Shown piece by piece: positions 1 to 14,419 of a stretch of 64,000 nt of DNA (the stretch's first letter is position 1; the number at the start of each line of letters is the position of its first letter). A program made the position numbers and the translations under genes. This DNA comes from the human T2T-CHM13v2.0 reference genome, Homo sapiens, in NCBI RefSeq assembly GCF_009914755.1, contig NC_060931.1. The stretch is one strand, 5' to 3'. Below the pieces are notes generated by a model. That model saw only the letters and a list, made by a program, of their open reading frames with translations. It was not told the origin of the DNA and ran no database searches.

Positions 1-769
1 AAGCAAGTTTGTTATACATAAGGGAGGTATGAATACAAATTGCGTATCACCAATAACAATATACATAATATGCAGATTATAAATGCTCTGTCATAGATTA
101 TTATCAAATATTTAATTGAAGTGTATGAGAGCTAACATGCAAAAGTCTCAAAATTTAAACACAAAGAGAACTAGTTATACTCCTTTTTATAAGACTATAT
201 TTTACACTGATTAAGTTTTATGAGGTTTTATAAAGATTCCTGCCAATCAACATAATTTGTATTAGTCTTTCTTGAAGTAAGCAAATAAAGTATGGGTAAC
301 AAGTAGAAAATGTATTTTTCTTTTTGTTTTTTTTTTGGTTTGTGAGTTTACACACACCTCTGCCTGGTTCAGTAGAATATTTGAGGTGGCTTATAAGAAT
401 ACTTTTTAAAAAGGATTAAAACAGAATAATGGTAAATATAAGTAGACTAGGAAACCCAAGTCCGGGGAAATCAGAATATATAGGTATAGGCTGTGGGGTC
501 AAACACAGTTATTCAATTTTGAATGTAGATGTGCGTTCAAAAGAAAACTTTTGGGGGATATACTTTTCGTTGTCTATAAGGAAAAAAAATAACATACAGC
601 TACTCAGAGGAAACAATACTTTTCCTTGTATTTAGTCTAGAAACATACTTATTGTCTGGTTTTTCATATAGAGATCACTGAAAGGATACTGCCCTCACCA
701 GCCTCCTTATGATTTATTTATAGCGTGTTTTAAAAAAGTGCTTACTGCAATAACACTTAATGTAATAAT

Positions 770-975
770 AATTGCCAGTGTGAATGAGCTCTTATTCTAT
801 ATCAGACACTGTGCTTTCCTGTCTTGATTTCATTTATTTCCACATCCACCTTACGAGGTAGAGACTGTTGTTATTCCCATTTAAAGTTGAAGAATCTGAC
901 AAAGATTAACTTGCCCAGGATCCACATCATTAGTGGTGGACCCAGGCACCCTGATTTTTGATCCTTTGCTTTTAA
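770..975 (-). mobile_element. MIR SINE fragment
   Basis: MIR-like motifs: gaggtagagactgttgttattcccattt and aacttgcccaggatccaca. Confidence 0.6.
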
Positions 976-2742
976 ACACTTCTCTAGTGCAGAGTAAAAC
1001 TTGGTGAGAGTACTTCTGTCCCAGAGACACTAATGAGAATCATTTTATTCGTCAGGAAGGCTTCAAGTATTTGGACTTTTAAGTGGCAATATTGCCCCCA
1101 ATATTTTTGGAAAACTGTGGCATGTACAGAAATTTGAAGCAACATTCTCAGGTTCTTCTGTTACTATAATATTATTTGTTAAAAGCATTCAGTTATGGAG
1201 ATAATATTATTGCTTGATTGTAAATTATTGGAAAAATATCCCTCTTCAATAGTTTGAACAGTTGTCTTATAGAAAAGGTAAAGTGTACATTTCTACCTAC
1301 AAAGGGCAGAACTAAGAGTAGTTATAAATGACTTGATAGCAGATTTATGTTTAAAAAAAAAAGAATAACTTGTTAATGCACCAACCTGACCAAGAATAAA
1401 AGTTGTTCCCTTGTGAAGTAGCAATCCTTGAAATTTTGGAGAAAGGCTGAGTATTGCGATAGACGTTTCTACACTGGGTGGGATGTGAAACTAGCTGAGC
1501 TGCAGAGGATTTTATCATCCTGTTTCCAACTGAATATCTATCTCTGAGACTGTTTTCTCATCAGTAAAACTGAGCTAAGTTTTTTTCTTTATTGCATTGT
1601 TGATGGTTCTGAAGATCAAATAAATATTATATATTTAAGTCCTTTGAAAACCATTAATATTGTAATTGTGAACATTGATTAATTTATTCTTTCAACAAAG
1701 AAAATTTTTATTTTTTAAAAACTTATGTAACAAACATATTAGTTGAGTGGCTATTATATGGCATATAACATATTTTATATGTTATTATCTAATTTATTAT
1801 TAATGCTCTTAGATTTTTCTCTCTTGCTAATCACCATCTTAATATTTTATTCCCCAACTGTTGGAGACAAGTAAAACTACCAAGTTTTAAATTTAGATAA
1901 TGCCAACTAGGTAAAATATTATAGAATTTTAAATTAAATGGAAATTCTATTTACCTGAATATTTTTCATTCTCCTTTACCAGGAAGAATTGAGATTGGAG
2001 AAGATTGTTTCTTACCATTCATGCCCTTCTTTAGAAACAGGAAAATAAAGGGTATTGATTCTGTAAGATGGATAGTCATTTCTGAGTAGGACATATTGTA
2101 TTTAAATTGATCATTTGGAACCTTTAGTTTTTCCATTTTCTCTTGCTCAATTCATGTTTGTCACTTTCTTTGAGAATTAATTCAAATCCAATGCCCTACA
2201 ATGGCTTTTCTATGATTTCCTCTACTCCATTCTAAACACTCTTCCTTGTGTATATGAGAGTTTGGCTCTATTGTTTAGCTCTTGTGAAGAATCAGATTTG
2301 CAGAATTTTTGAGCCAGAAAGGCTTCTTCATTCATCCAGTTCAACCCTCTCATTTCCTGATGAAGAGGATGAAGACAATGAGTCCCAGTCACACAGATGG
2401 TCAGCCTTTGAGCCAGAATTATGACAGAGCAGTTGTCACTACCTTCTGTTTTGCAGTTGCTTGATTGTTTATGTGTGTGTGTTTGGTCTTCCCAGTGAGA
2501 GGATTTGTTGCCAGGGACCTCGCCTTTTTCCTCATCCAAAGCAAAGTAGTTCTTCCTCACTTCTTTGTCCAGAGTAAACATACTAGGATGCTCAGGAGCT
2601 AGTCTTTGGAAGTAGATGCCAGTGGTGTTCAACTATCCTTTAATCTAGTACTATTTTTAATGCATCTTAAATTTTTATTTTGATATCTAAAACATATTTC
2701 TTTTATCCCATTATTAGTAGAATTGATTAGCATTATATATAA

Positions 2743-3093
<351 letters not shown>

Positions 3094-3259
3094 TAAATAC
3101 CTCTATATTAATTAGATGATTAGATACAAATCTATTTTCTAGTACTTGGAATACTGTGACAAGGGGATGAGTAGCAAAGTCTGTATCTCAATATTTGATA
3201 TACCTAAGTTTTTTTTAAATATAAATAGTTGTGTAGTACAAGATAAGAGTTCACTTAGA

Positions 3260-3416
3260 ATAGTGCCCCTCAAGTCTGGCCATATATCATGATGACATCA
3301 CTGCCCCAGCCCCATACACACTTGAGTTGAAATCTCTTAGGTTGGGCCTGTGCATCTTTATGTTTCAAGAGCTGCACAGCGGTTCTAACCCTGAGCCAAA
3401 GTAGAGGACCATTGGC
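3260..3416. mobile_element. MER5-like hAT-Charlie relic
   Basis: Degenerate terminal motifs tagtgcccctcaa and agaggaccattgg, with an internal gaaatctcttaggttgggcc MER5-like core. Confidence 0.5.
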
Positions 3417-5199
3417 TTAGAAAGACAGCATTGTTGAGATAATGAAGGCCCCCTTTTAAGAGAAAATTGCTACTTTGGGTTGGGGGGAATGTATGCCTGT
3501 TGGACATGTAAATAGAAATCTTATAGAAAGGTACAGACTGATTTCATATGTGACTGAAATCAACTGATTGTCTATGGGTTGTCTTTCAGGTCTACCTACT
3601 AGTTGAGTTGCAACTACAAACCTCCATTATCCAGAGTGAAATTTATTAAACCAGGGCTGAGTTCTTTGTTTCTCATTTCAGAAATAACATGAAAAACCTA
3701 CTCTGATAATAGAAATTGGTTACTAGAAACTTCCATTTTGTTATTGTAATGAGTAGTGGCTGACTCAACCAATTGAAAGCTTTAGTAAGGTTGGTTTCAT
3801 GTTTGGATATCATGATCCCCATCTTACAATTATCTATCAATAAATCCTGCTCCCTCTTCAGAGCATTTCTTCAGTGTTATATGTAACTGCCCACCATTTA
3901 TGAGACTGCCATATGGGTAGCTCATTGAAATGAGTAAATAGTAAGACTATATTAATAAAATAACATGCATATATTAGAAAGTCACAGAACAGTCAAGTGG
4001 TCACAGAAGTTTTGTTTATACAAGTGGAGAATTGGCAAAAGTCAATTTAAATTTTTTTATTGGGAACCTTTTCTGAATCTTGCTTTGGGCTGGGTGCTGC
4101 GGATCACAGCAAAACCCTGAGACCAGCTTTTGAGCCAAGACATTTAGTTTTCAAGAGAAGCAAAGTTGAACAGACTGAGGATAGTGAATTAATAGTAATT
4201 GCATATTATTTACTATTCATTGAATATAATCATACAGAGAATGATAGTCTTTTTCTTTTTTGACCTGAGATGGACACTGGGAATCACCTAATTCTAGAAT
4301 TTTGCAGATAAGGAAACTTTCTTAAAAATGTGATAAATTGTCCATTAATAACAATTTAGAGCAGGAAGAACTTTATTTTTTGCCTAGAGTGGGTTATATA
4401 GTTGTGCATCTATGTGTATATGGTCCACATGGCATTTTCATTTATTCAATGGAGAGTTGAGAGGGTCTGTGTTTAGCACTCGAATATTGGACATGATTCA
4501 AATATGAGTCAAGTGTGTCTAGAGGCTTTATTCATACCTATTTTCTTTTAGTCAGCAATGCTTCATAATGCCTTGGTTTCACGAATTAATTTTAATGGAA
4601 TTAAATTTGAACAGCTCAAAATTATATAATTAATTTCATTCAGCTTCAATTAAAGTTACTAATTGAATCAAGCCTACTAGCATGACACCTGGCGGCAGTC
4701 AGCTACATAACAATGGCAGCAAGTATGTAGGACTCTGCTGATGAGCTAGTTCTTGCCTACTAGTGAGTTTCCACGAAAAATCTCTTTTATTGATAATCTC
4801 AGAATGACCTTGAGTTGACTGTAGCAGTAAAAAGATTTCTGGAGTTGTTTAAAAAAGTAAAGATTTTAATTGAAACTAACATATCTCATGAAGATTACAT
4901 TTCTCTATGATAATGCTGAGTAAATGTTACATAAATCTAGAACATATTGGTTTAGCATATTTTCAATTTATATTTTACTGCTATTTGAATATGGTTTTGT
5001 TTATAAAAATCCTTGGAAGTTAAGACCCCATTTGGTTCAGAGACCTTAGCCTCTGGACTCGGTCCCAAGTGGGTGTCTCTCTATTTTTATGTGTTGAAAT
5101 TTGTTTCATGGCAGAACTTTTTAATTGTTGTGAAATCCCCATGGTACATGAAAAATTTTTGCATGTGCAGAAATTTTTTCCTTCCACTGGAAATGTTAA

Positions 5200-5592
5200 C
5201 ACGGTTGACTAACAACTTCTGTTTGAATCTCTTTCCTTTCTTTGCTTCCATGGCTTGACATCATGCAGTTTTTCTTACTTCTCTAACTCCTTCCTAATTG
5301 TACGGACTCTTCTTGGTACTTGGTACTCTTCTTGATATTTCTTAATATATTCACTCTTTCAGTGAGCTCATTAATTTGAATGGCTTTGGAAATCAAGTTT
5401 AGAAAGATGACTATTTCTAGCTATAACCTTTTTTCTGACTTGCAAATTCAAATGTCCAATACTTAATTCATCCACTAGACTGTAAACTCCAAGAAGGCCT
5501 GGGCAGCATTTCATAAGTCATTGTATCCTCATCACCTAGCACAATGCCTAAACATCTACTATGCAAAAATATATATTATTGAAAGAATAAAT
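5200..5592 (+). mobile_element. L2 3' fragment
   Basis: Typical L2 3' end: ccactagactgtaaactccaagaagg...cctagcacaatgcct...gaataaat. Confidence 0.6.
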
Positions 5593-7068
5593 TGGTCTCA
5601 TGATTTTTAGGCTTTCCCAGTCAAATCCAAACTGAGAACTTGGTCATATCCAACCCCATCTTCCTTGATAATCTTTACAAACCTCTAGTTAGTTTCTCAC
5701 ATTTACTCCCTATTCCATCTTGTTATCCAGTTAATTAAACTCTTATCAACTTCAATATGGGCTTTGCTAGGTCTCTCTTTTAGTTTCCCTTACTGTATTC
5801 TCCCTCTTAGATGTATCCATACTCCATTGGAATCATCTGAGTTCAGCCTCTTCTCCCTCAGTTGAAATAGAATCTTTGATTCTGGTATCCAGAAATATGT
5901 TTTTTGTTTGTTTGTTTGTTTTTTAGTTCTAAAAATACTTACAAGAAAAAAAAAGCTCACCAAGTGAATTAAAGTGAAGCCAGAACTGAGAATCACAAGT
6001 GTGCACAAATTTATTAATCTTCCTAAGGCGTGGTTCTGATAAGGCATTTCATAAAGCTTCAGTGGCTAGTTTGACTTATTTTTCTTGCTTTTGAATTTCA
6101 TCCAGATTTCTCACCTTAGCATTCTAATATCCACACAATGTCTCTAATCAAACCTTCGCAGTCTTCTGTCCTAATTTGCCACTCATAGTACTTCACAGTC
6201 CAGAGAGTTGGAACCTTTGCCCAAACGTCTGCTTTTGGAGTTTGCCCGTGCTGTTCTTCCACCTTTCTCCCATCTGGACTTTTGGAAATCCAACTAATCT
6301 TTTGAAGTCCATCCAACATGTATCATTTTCTTCAGTGCTTTTCTTGATCTCTGAATCCTGATGAGTATTTTTTCTTCCTTTGAACCTTTTTAGTGCTCTG
6401 GACCTCTCATAGCATGCATTATACCTTGTTGCCAGTTTGCTTTTGGCTTGACTTATGTGCCCCAAAGACTTTACATTTCCTTACATGTTGGCTTTCTCCC
6501 TGAGAACCCATAAACCCACTTGCGAATCTCTCGTCCTAAATACCCCCTTCTCAGAGGATGCATTACACAGTCCTTGACTTTTTCTTCACGTTCTAGAGAG
6601 AGAATGCTGTACTTGTTTTCTATACCTCCTCACTACTCAGTCACTCCTCATTCAGCTGCAGGCCGACTTTCGTCTCTACCACTCATCAGAGCTTCTTCTC
6701 TTTCACCCCTTTCCCTGCTGCTCAACCCCCTACATGCATGGACTCACTCACTTTCATGCTTCCTGTAACCTTTTCACATTTCTCTATCATGGCACATCAC
6801 TTGCTGTGTTAAAATTACTTGTTTACTCTAAACTTAACAGATTATTTTTACCATGAACATCTCTGGTTCTTTAATGCCAGGCTGATAGTAGGTGCTCAGT
6901 AAATACCTGTTACTGAGCCAATAAAATAGGCAGCAGGCAATAGAGGTATACCTGTTCTATTTCCTTAAATTATGGCAGACTTGGAAGCATTTAGAAAAAT
7001 GTATATACTAAAAAAGGAGAGAAAAATATATAAAATCAATTATATTAAATGTATCTTTTTTAATTCAG

Positions 7069-7191
7069 GAAAATGTGATAAAGACAATACTGAGAAAGAT
7101 ATAACTCAAGCTACCAATAGCCACTTCACACATGGAGAGATGCAAGACCAGTCCATTTGGGGAAATCCTTCGGATGGTGAACTCATTAGAA
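7069..7191 (+). CDS. MDFIC: MDFIC internal coding exon (probably exon 3), encoding (G)KCDKDNTEKDITQATNSHFTHGEMQDQSIWGNPSDGELIR(T)
   Basis: The peptide matches the MDFIC N-terminal region as I recall it. Acceptor tatctttttTAATTCAG ends at 7068 and donor GTAAGT is at 7192-7197. The exon is 123 nt, phase 1-1, and joins the next exon as A|CC (Thr). Confidence 0.95.
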
Positions 7192-10100
7192 GTAAGTATT
7201 TTTAGAAAAAACTTTGAGTGATTTTGGGATATGACTATGGTAATATATTCTTCGTTAATTGCCCCAGATAATTCTGCTACAAATCCGTAAATCAACAGCG
7301 TTTATCTAAAAGTGGTTTCATTTGTATTTTAAATTACAGAGCTAAAGCTAGGATATACATAATGCTGTCAGTGTTGCCTTTCTTCAGAAATGAAGAATTG
7401 ACGCGTAAATATTGAACTCTTCTCAGAGAGATTTAGTCAAAATTCAGTTCCTTTTTGAGTAACAACTAAGTGGAAGTCAAACAACTCTAAGTATATGTGG
7501 ATGGAGAAACTAAAAAGAGGAAGATGGAGCTAAAAGATTAATGCTACTATGGTCTCTGTTCTTCTAGCTAACTGACTCCAAATTTTTTTTATGATTAATA
7601 TTTTATCACTGTTTGTTAAAAAAATTTTTTGTGATATTCTTCTTCCTAAAATTGCATACAAAAGCTTCGGTCTATTTTCATGTTATTCTTTGAATGCCCT
7701 GCAATACCTTGTCTTTTGGGTGCTGATCAGAATGCTGAGTCCATGTGGGGTTCTGCTCTTGAGCTCCTGGAGTTTACGTTCTGGTCACTAAGTTCCCCTA
7801 GGTGTGTTCAAGATGAATTTGCCATACAATGAATTACTCGACATAGCAAACACCTAGGTGTAAAGATTGCTGCTAAGCCACACCTGGAAGAGCATAGGGA
7901 GTAAATCTTTTGATATTCCCCTTTGGAGTAACCAAAATACCATGTTTCCTTCTCAGTTTTTCAGAGTGGATGGAGGAGAATTTACTTCTGGGATCAAATG
8001 TTTATTTTATGTTTAAAAACTTATTTCTTTAGTTTAAGTAACTTCATACTATAGATCCTTTACAGTCTTCCACATTACACTTACTTTGAAACTTAGAACA
8101 TTTCTTTCCTCTCTAGAATGCCACTACCTGTCTCTAACTGAAAACTAAACAAAATAAATTAGAAAAAAAAAGGAAGAGGGTCCAACTTAGGAGAAAATAA
8201 ACAACAACAATAAAAACACTATTGAAGGAAATTTCCAGGTTTCAAACAAAAGCTCTAAAAATGAGTGTTTTAGGTTAATTTTAGGACCATTTTGGTTTTT
8301 ATACACTTTGGTCTTGGAGAAGGGAGTAGGAAGGAAGGAAATGAGACTCAGGAATTAGTGAGGAGGAAGATTTATATAGCTTTATCCAAAGAATCATATA
8401 AACATTATTTCAAGTAAATATTTATCTGAAAAACATATATTGATTAGCATTTATCTAATATTGACTCTGCTATTGTGAAACACATGATTTTGTGGCATAA
8501 CTGGCCTATGTTATCTCTGACTTCCTAGCAACCAGAGTTAGTGAGCACTAGAAGAAGTTCTAGAGACAATTTTACCTCTATCTGTTGGGAAGCAAAATGG
8601 TTTTCTCACTTTTTTTTCGGTGGTAACAATTTTAAGTGTGTGCTTCATTTAATTGGTTTATTTCCTTAATCTCTTTTCCTAGGGCCCACAATAGGAAAAT
8701 GTGAATAAGATTTCTTAGAACAACAGCAACAAAAAAGACAAACACTATTAAATAAGAATATGGAGAGTCATGCTAATGTGTTAAATTTGTTTATATTATT
8801 TGGTGAAGCTCATATTAGTCATAGAATCCATACCATTAAAAAGAATGAATTAAAATGATTTACTCTACGGTTTCATTGGTTAAGTGGGTACCAATCTAAT
8901 ATATTGTAAATTGCATGAGTTTCTTTATTGAGATAATGACGTACCCTGTGCCATGGGACTTTGGAACATTAGGAAACCACTGTCTAGTTTCTTACTAATA
9001 TTCACTGAAGGAATGAAGAGATACAGAAATTTACACCCCCTCTGAAAGGGCTGCTGGGGAAACTGACAGTTTGAATGGATTTACAAAAGATACTGGCCAA
9101 AGATAGCAATGCCACTCCTGCCTGAAACATAAGCTGGCAAATATTTCCAAATATTTGTGGGTGAAATCTGACTCTGAATTTTGATTATAAATTTCAAAAA
9201 CTCCATTTTTGTTATTTTCCCAGTCACACTTTTCTAGACAAAGTCTACTTTGTTGGATCAACAGAAAAAATTTGATATCTGGATTTTGCAGAAGTGGAAC
9301 ATTTTATATCATCTTTAAAACTGACTCAATTCTGGATAGCATTTGAAAGTTTTGTATTGTGGTAGCTTCTGCTATTCCAACTCCTTTGATATTAAACTCT
9401 CAGAGCTGCCTGACTTTCCTTCTTTGGCCTTCCCCACAGAGTCATTGGCCATCTCTGTGTAATTTAGTCTGTCTGTCTTAACTCTGAAGTTAGGAAGATG
9501 TGTATTTTCCTCTTGCTTAAGCATCTCGCACATTTTGGGGGCCCAGAAACTCTTTTGTAATAACAATAGGCCCTGGAAAAGGAGACTCTGGCTCAGAGCT
9601 TCATGGGAGGAGGGGAACATCTGTGTTGAGTCAGGCCCGAGCTGGCTCCGATTCCAGGAGTCCTGTGTGGCTCTCTGAGCACCGTGGAAGAAGCGGACAG
9701 CTGGCTCTCACGGAATTGATGTTAGTGTTCCCACTGTAGCGCGAGTTTGGCTGAATAGAGGGATCATCAGAAAAATGAGGCTGGCTGGGGTGTGGGAACA
9801 TTTTCAAATGCACAACCCACTCTTTTTCCAAACTTCCATGGGGCAGCTCAGCTGCATACGCAAGAAGTGAAGGAGACAGACGCGGTCGAATGTGACTTCT
9901 TTTTCTTTATTCTTGAAAGTGGTTAGTGAGGGCTTGGCAGCTCGTGTCTCCGTTGTGCCGGATGGCTGCTGCCTTCTTTGCCGGACACTCAAGGCATAAT
10001 TTATAGGGGACTGTTAGCTGTCAGTGTAATGAGGCTGTTTTTACTTTTCTTTGCTGAGAATAACTGAGCTCTGGAAAGTCAGGGAGTGGCTGCTTTGGAA

Positions 10101-11016
10101 ATTGTATTCTAATTAAAGGGTGTATTCTCAGGCCTCATAAGGGATATTCACGCTGAGAATAATTTCCAAATTATTCTATGAACTTTAACCCTGACCTTAG
10201 CGGACTACCTGCTTGAACTCATACTTGGTTCATGCTCTACACAGAAGTTTGTACTTAGTCTGCTTTCCCTGGTCCACGTAGAAAACATTGCAGGTGGAAG
10301 ACCTGGGGTATTATGGTTTTTCAGGGTGCGGATTTCAAATTGGTTGCCCTTGAATTGCTAACATATTACAGAGAATACATTATGGAAGTAATAAATAAAA
10401 AGAAGAAGCTCATATGGAATCAAACATTTCGAATAAATAGGCCACACACAATCTGGTCAGAGAACGCACATTTTGGTTCTCTTTCCTATGAAATTTAAAT
10501 TTAAAAAGACAATTCCAACCACTTAAATTTGTTTAAAAATTTCTAAATCAAATTAGTAAAGAATTAAAAACAATGGAGGTTTTATGAAAAAAGTTTATAA
10601 TTGGAAATTCTCTTTTTTTATTTTATGACTTTTTATCCTTTTTACATTTCAAAAGGCTTTTATACTCTTAGAACATAATTTGGTGTATAATTTAATTTCT
10701 GAAAGGTGGCTTAAATTTTGGAATTTATAAGAGCACCAACTAAGCCTTTGGCTTTTCCCCTCAGATTAGCGTATATGGTATAATTGAAGCTATGCCCTGT
10801 TTTAATTGTCACTATTCCTCTGACTTAGTAAAATAAATGTTACAGTGAAGCGACACCATCAATTAATATTAATTTTTCTATTTAACCCGTAATATGCATA
10901 AACTGATAACAGGCAATAGGCAACATTTCATGTTTTAATTAGACAAGAAAAGGAACAGAAGCAACAGAAGCAACATTTTGATCTCAGTCTTTGCGGGGAT
11001 TTCTAAGGTAGGAAGA

Positions 11017-11018
<2 letters not shown>

Positions 11019-11047
<29 letters not shown>
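11019..11047. repeat. (GT)n microsatellite, about 14 units
   Basis: Direct reading of the GT run. Confidence 0.95.
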
Positions 11048-11051
<4 letters not shown>

Positions 11052-12479
11052 GTGCTTACACTCAGGCATGTGTAATATTTTCCTTTAATTTAGGTCAAAT
11101 TCTACTATTCTAATTATTTCCTATAGAGAGCTTACATTTTTCTTTGTTCCTCTTTATAAAGTGCCTCAGGTCTCTATCTCAGGTTTTTCTAGGTCTTTCT
11201 GAAAATTCTTATTACTTAACTTTATCCTTGGACATTGCTTTTACATAAACGTCTGCTAATTCTAAATGTCATTACTTAACTCCAGAAATTTTCCTTAGCT
11301 TCTCTTCTGAAATAAATTTCCCATTAAATTAAACTATTTTGTTCAGCTAATTCTCTCCTTTGTGATTTTATAGAATTCCCATGATCTGAAGCAAAGTTAA
11401 AATGCTCTACTTAAATGGTAATCCCCATTCTATTTAACCCATTTATTCATTTTGAAGAGTTTTTAGCTCTCATAATAGTAAGCACTTAATTGGCAGTAGA
11501 ACGCAAGCTCTTCTCCGGCTCACACTTGCTCACCCTTATGGAGCTGCCGTATCATGCCTTTTCACTCATCTTGCTGCTTGAAACCTTTCTCTTGGCATCA
11601 TCTGCAATTCCTCTCAACATCAACAGGCTCTGTTATTTGGAGCTCTATTATTTCTTTTCCTAGCCTTTGCCAACTTAATGCGGATCACCCCTTAATGCAT
11701 ACCATTTCATCACTTTAGGGAATGCCTCCTTTATGTAAAATACTGAAAGAAAAGCAGATACTCAGGTGTGCTATTTATATACTTAGAACATTTTTACTTT
11801 GTTGGTAAGCAAAGAGCATTAAGAGGTTTGTATTAAGTTTATTTCACAGCTCTCATTTGATGGCACATTTCAGTAAGTGTTAATTTGGATTTCTTTAGAA
11901 TTCACTTTATATGGAAAAGGTCATCAACCAGCCCCTAGATAACTATGACCTAGTTAAGACTGGAAGATATAGCTATCATATTATGTTTCTTGGGTCATCT
12001 AGGAGTTTTTTCCCTAATATTTCATGCTCATTCATTTTTGGGGGCACATATTGGAAGCAAATAATTCTGACTTTTGCCTTGCTCAATGTCTTTTCCTCCT
12101 CCATTTGGCTCTCAGAAAAATTCTCTTTTTATTCAGTATGTTGGACGTTATGTGACTGTGGTACACATGCTTTGATTATTGTTTTAGAGGAGGATCTTTA
12201 TGGTCAGTTATTCCAAAATCAAACCAATCGTTTGGGTTCAAGATTGGGTGGATAATCCTAAGTCATTTTTGATGGGCTCCTGTATTTATCTCATTGGTCA
12301 ATGGCAGCCATTAGGCTGTATTCTAGCATGGAGGTCAAGTTACCTGACACACTTCTTCTCAGGCTCCATTATTTCATCCTCATCTGGCTTCTGCCCAGAA
12401 GCTGGGGAGAACCATTTCATTTTGAGCCGATTTTTGTTTGGAGCATTTAATGTTCTGGGGCTAAGAGGTCAATGGAAAC

Positions 12480-12700
12480 TGACTTCCAGGAGTCAGACCG
12501 TGCTGCATCATTACTGCTAATGCTGGGCCAGTTACCTACCTCTCTGAGCTCTAACTTCTCATTTTTAAAAGGGAGGTGCTAACATTTTATGCCTCATTGT
12601 CATTTTGATGATTATACAAGAAAATGCATATTGTATGCTTCCTTAGCACAAAGCAAAATGAGTAAGCACACACTGAATTTATTGGTTTTCATTGTTATTA
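12480..12700 (+). mobile_element. MIR fragment
   Basis: MIR core: ctgggccagttacctacctctctgagctctaacttctcattttt. Confidence 0.6.
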
Positions 12701-14419
12701 TCCTTGAGCCCAGCTATTAGTTCTAAGGTTTGTTTTGTTTTGTTTTTTAAGTTCATCATGGCTGCATTGAGTTACATGTCCAGACAGGCTGGATCCAAAA
12801 GGTCATGTCTTTCTGAGACCTTTGATATTGTCTACAACAATAACCAGCACATTGATTGCTGAATGGTTTATGCTTAATAAATGCATGATGACTTAAGTGT
12901 ATTGAATTAATAAGGGGGAGGGAAGAGATGCTTTACCTACCTTGCCTCTATTATTTCAGACGTTAAGGTCCTGAGATGAAGGTTCTAAATCACTACAGTA
13001 TTCCATTTATTCTTTCTAACTCCCTTCTTACTCCCAGGCTGCACGTGGTTTATTCATGTCAAGTTTGAAGTATGTATAGATGACTTTTATGATATTAAAG
13101 CAATCAAGTTCTAAATTTGACTATCGTTTACTGATAAGGCTACTTTGAAGAGTTTTCAGTGAAGTTCTTATGGTAGTGCTCTGTATAACATTCATTTTCT
13201 GAGGAGGTGAATAGGAATGACACTTTATTTATGGCCTTTTTTGCATCCGATGTTCCTTATTTTTCTTGCCTACCCGTAAGAAAAAAAATTCGAGACGACC
13301 TTACTTCCCTCCCTGCCTTTTGCATCCCTCCCTCCAGCTTGGATGGACTTTTCTTCCATCCTTCCTTCTCTCCCTCCCATTCTTTTGTCCTCCTTTTCTT
13401 CCTCTTTTCTTTTTTTCCTCTTTTCTTCTTCTTTCTCATATTATTCTCTGCCTTTCTAACAGATGTGTGTAATCCTACTGCATATATAGATATTGTTCAT
13501 CAGTATAAAGGTATATATAATGAAATCCATTACTATTTAAAGATTGTAATTGGTAATAAATTCCTTCTCATATTTACCTCTAGTTCTCTGGAATTGTAAA
13601 TTGGAATTTGCTCATGGATTTTAATGAGTTGTGAAATGACAAGTTATATACAAACGAATTTGCAGAGTGTAAGAAAAAAGAGACTGCTTTACAATTTATG
13701 GAAGTAGATGTTTCTATGTATACTTCTCTGTGTTTCCTCCAAACAAAGCTTCTTTTTGTGTTTTTCTAGATACTTTCCATTGTGCTTAAGTGATCAGATT
13801 TGTTTTCGTGAAGATTGGATAAGAATATTTTTAAAGTGCTTTGTATACCATAAAGCACAATGTGTGTTGTTATTATTGTCTTATTATTATCATTAATATC
13901 ATTATTCTAATTTATTACTTTACCTTTCACTTTTATTATATTCTATGACATTTGATTTGTAATCTATATCCTACTTCTTTTGTTAAAGGTTTTTAATCTC
14001 TTCCTGTTATTCCTAAATTATTTGGGTCATTATTGGGGGAAATGAGATGGCATTAAAGTGTAAGTAGTGGACAAGGGCTCAGTGAGGAGGTAGATTTATT
14101 CCTCTCCTATTGGAGAGTGTTTCTGAGCCTCAGGAAGGAGCTGAGGCTTGGGAACTGGCTTAGAGATCATCCCAAAAATGCTAACCACTGAAGAAATAAA
14201 TAACATTTAATGATCAAGACCACAAATGCTGTGGTCTAGATAATTTTAGTTCTCAAACCTCAAACTTCCTGGATCTGAACACTCTGTGAACTTACACGTA
14301 AATTATGTTTTTGCAGATCATGTTGTTATATTGAAATTTGTGAATTAGGAATTAAAGAGTAATTTTAAAAACAAAATTAAAAATTGATTACATGAAGACT
14401 GAATGCTTACAGTTTACCA

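Noticed and set aside
1910-1957. Imperfect inverted repeat (ATAGAATTT...AAATTCTAT), and TATTCTCAG/CTGAGAATA at 10123-10161
   Set aside because: Short AT-rich stems like these are expected by chance and are too weak for a pre-miRNA or MITE call.
6972-7205. Stand-alone 77-aa ORF (and the 97-aa ORF at 44315-44608)
   Set aside because: They are the MDFIC exons plus flanking intron read-through. The true limits are the splice sites.
13300-13440. Polypyrimidine tract as a cryptic exon acceptor or triplex site (also 46240-46315 and 63820-63910)
   Set aside because: Ordinary low-complexity intronic sequence with no convincing exon or mirror symmetry.
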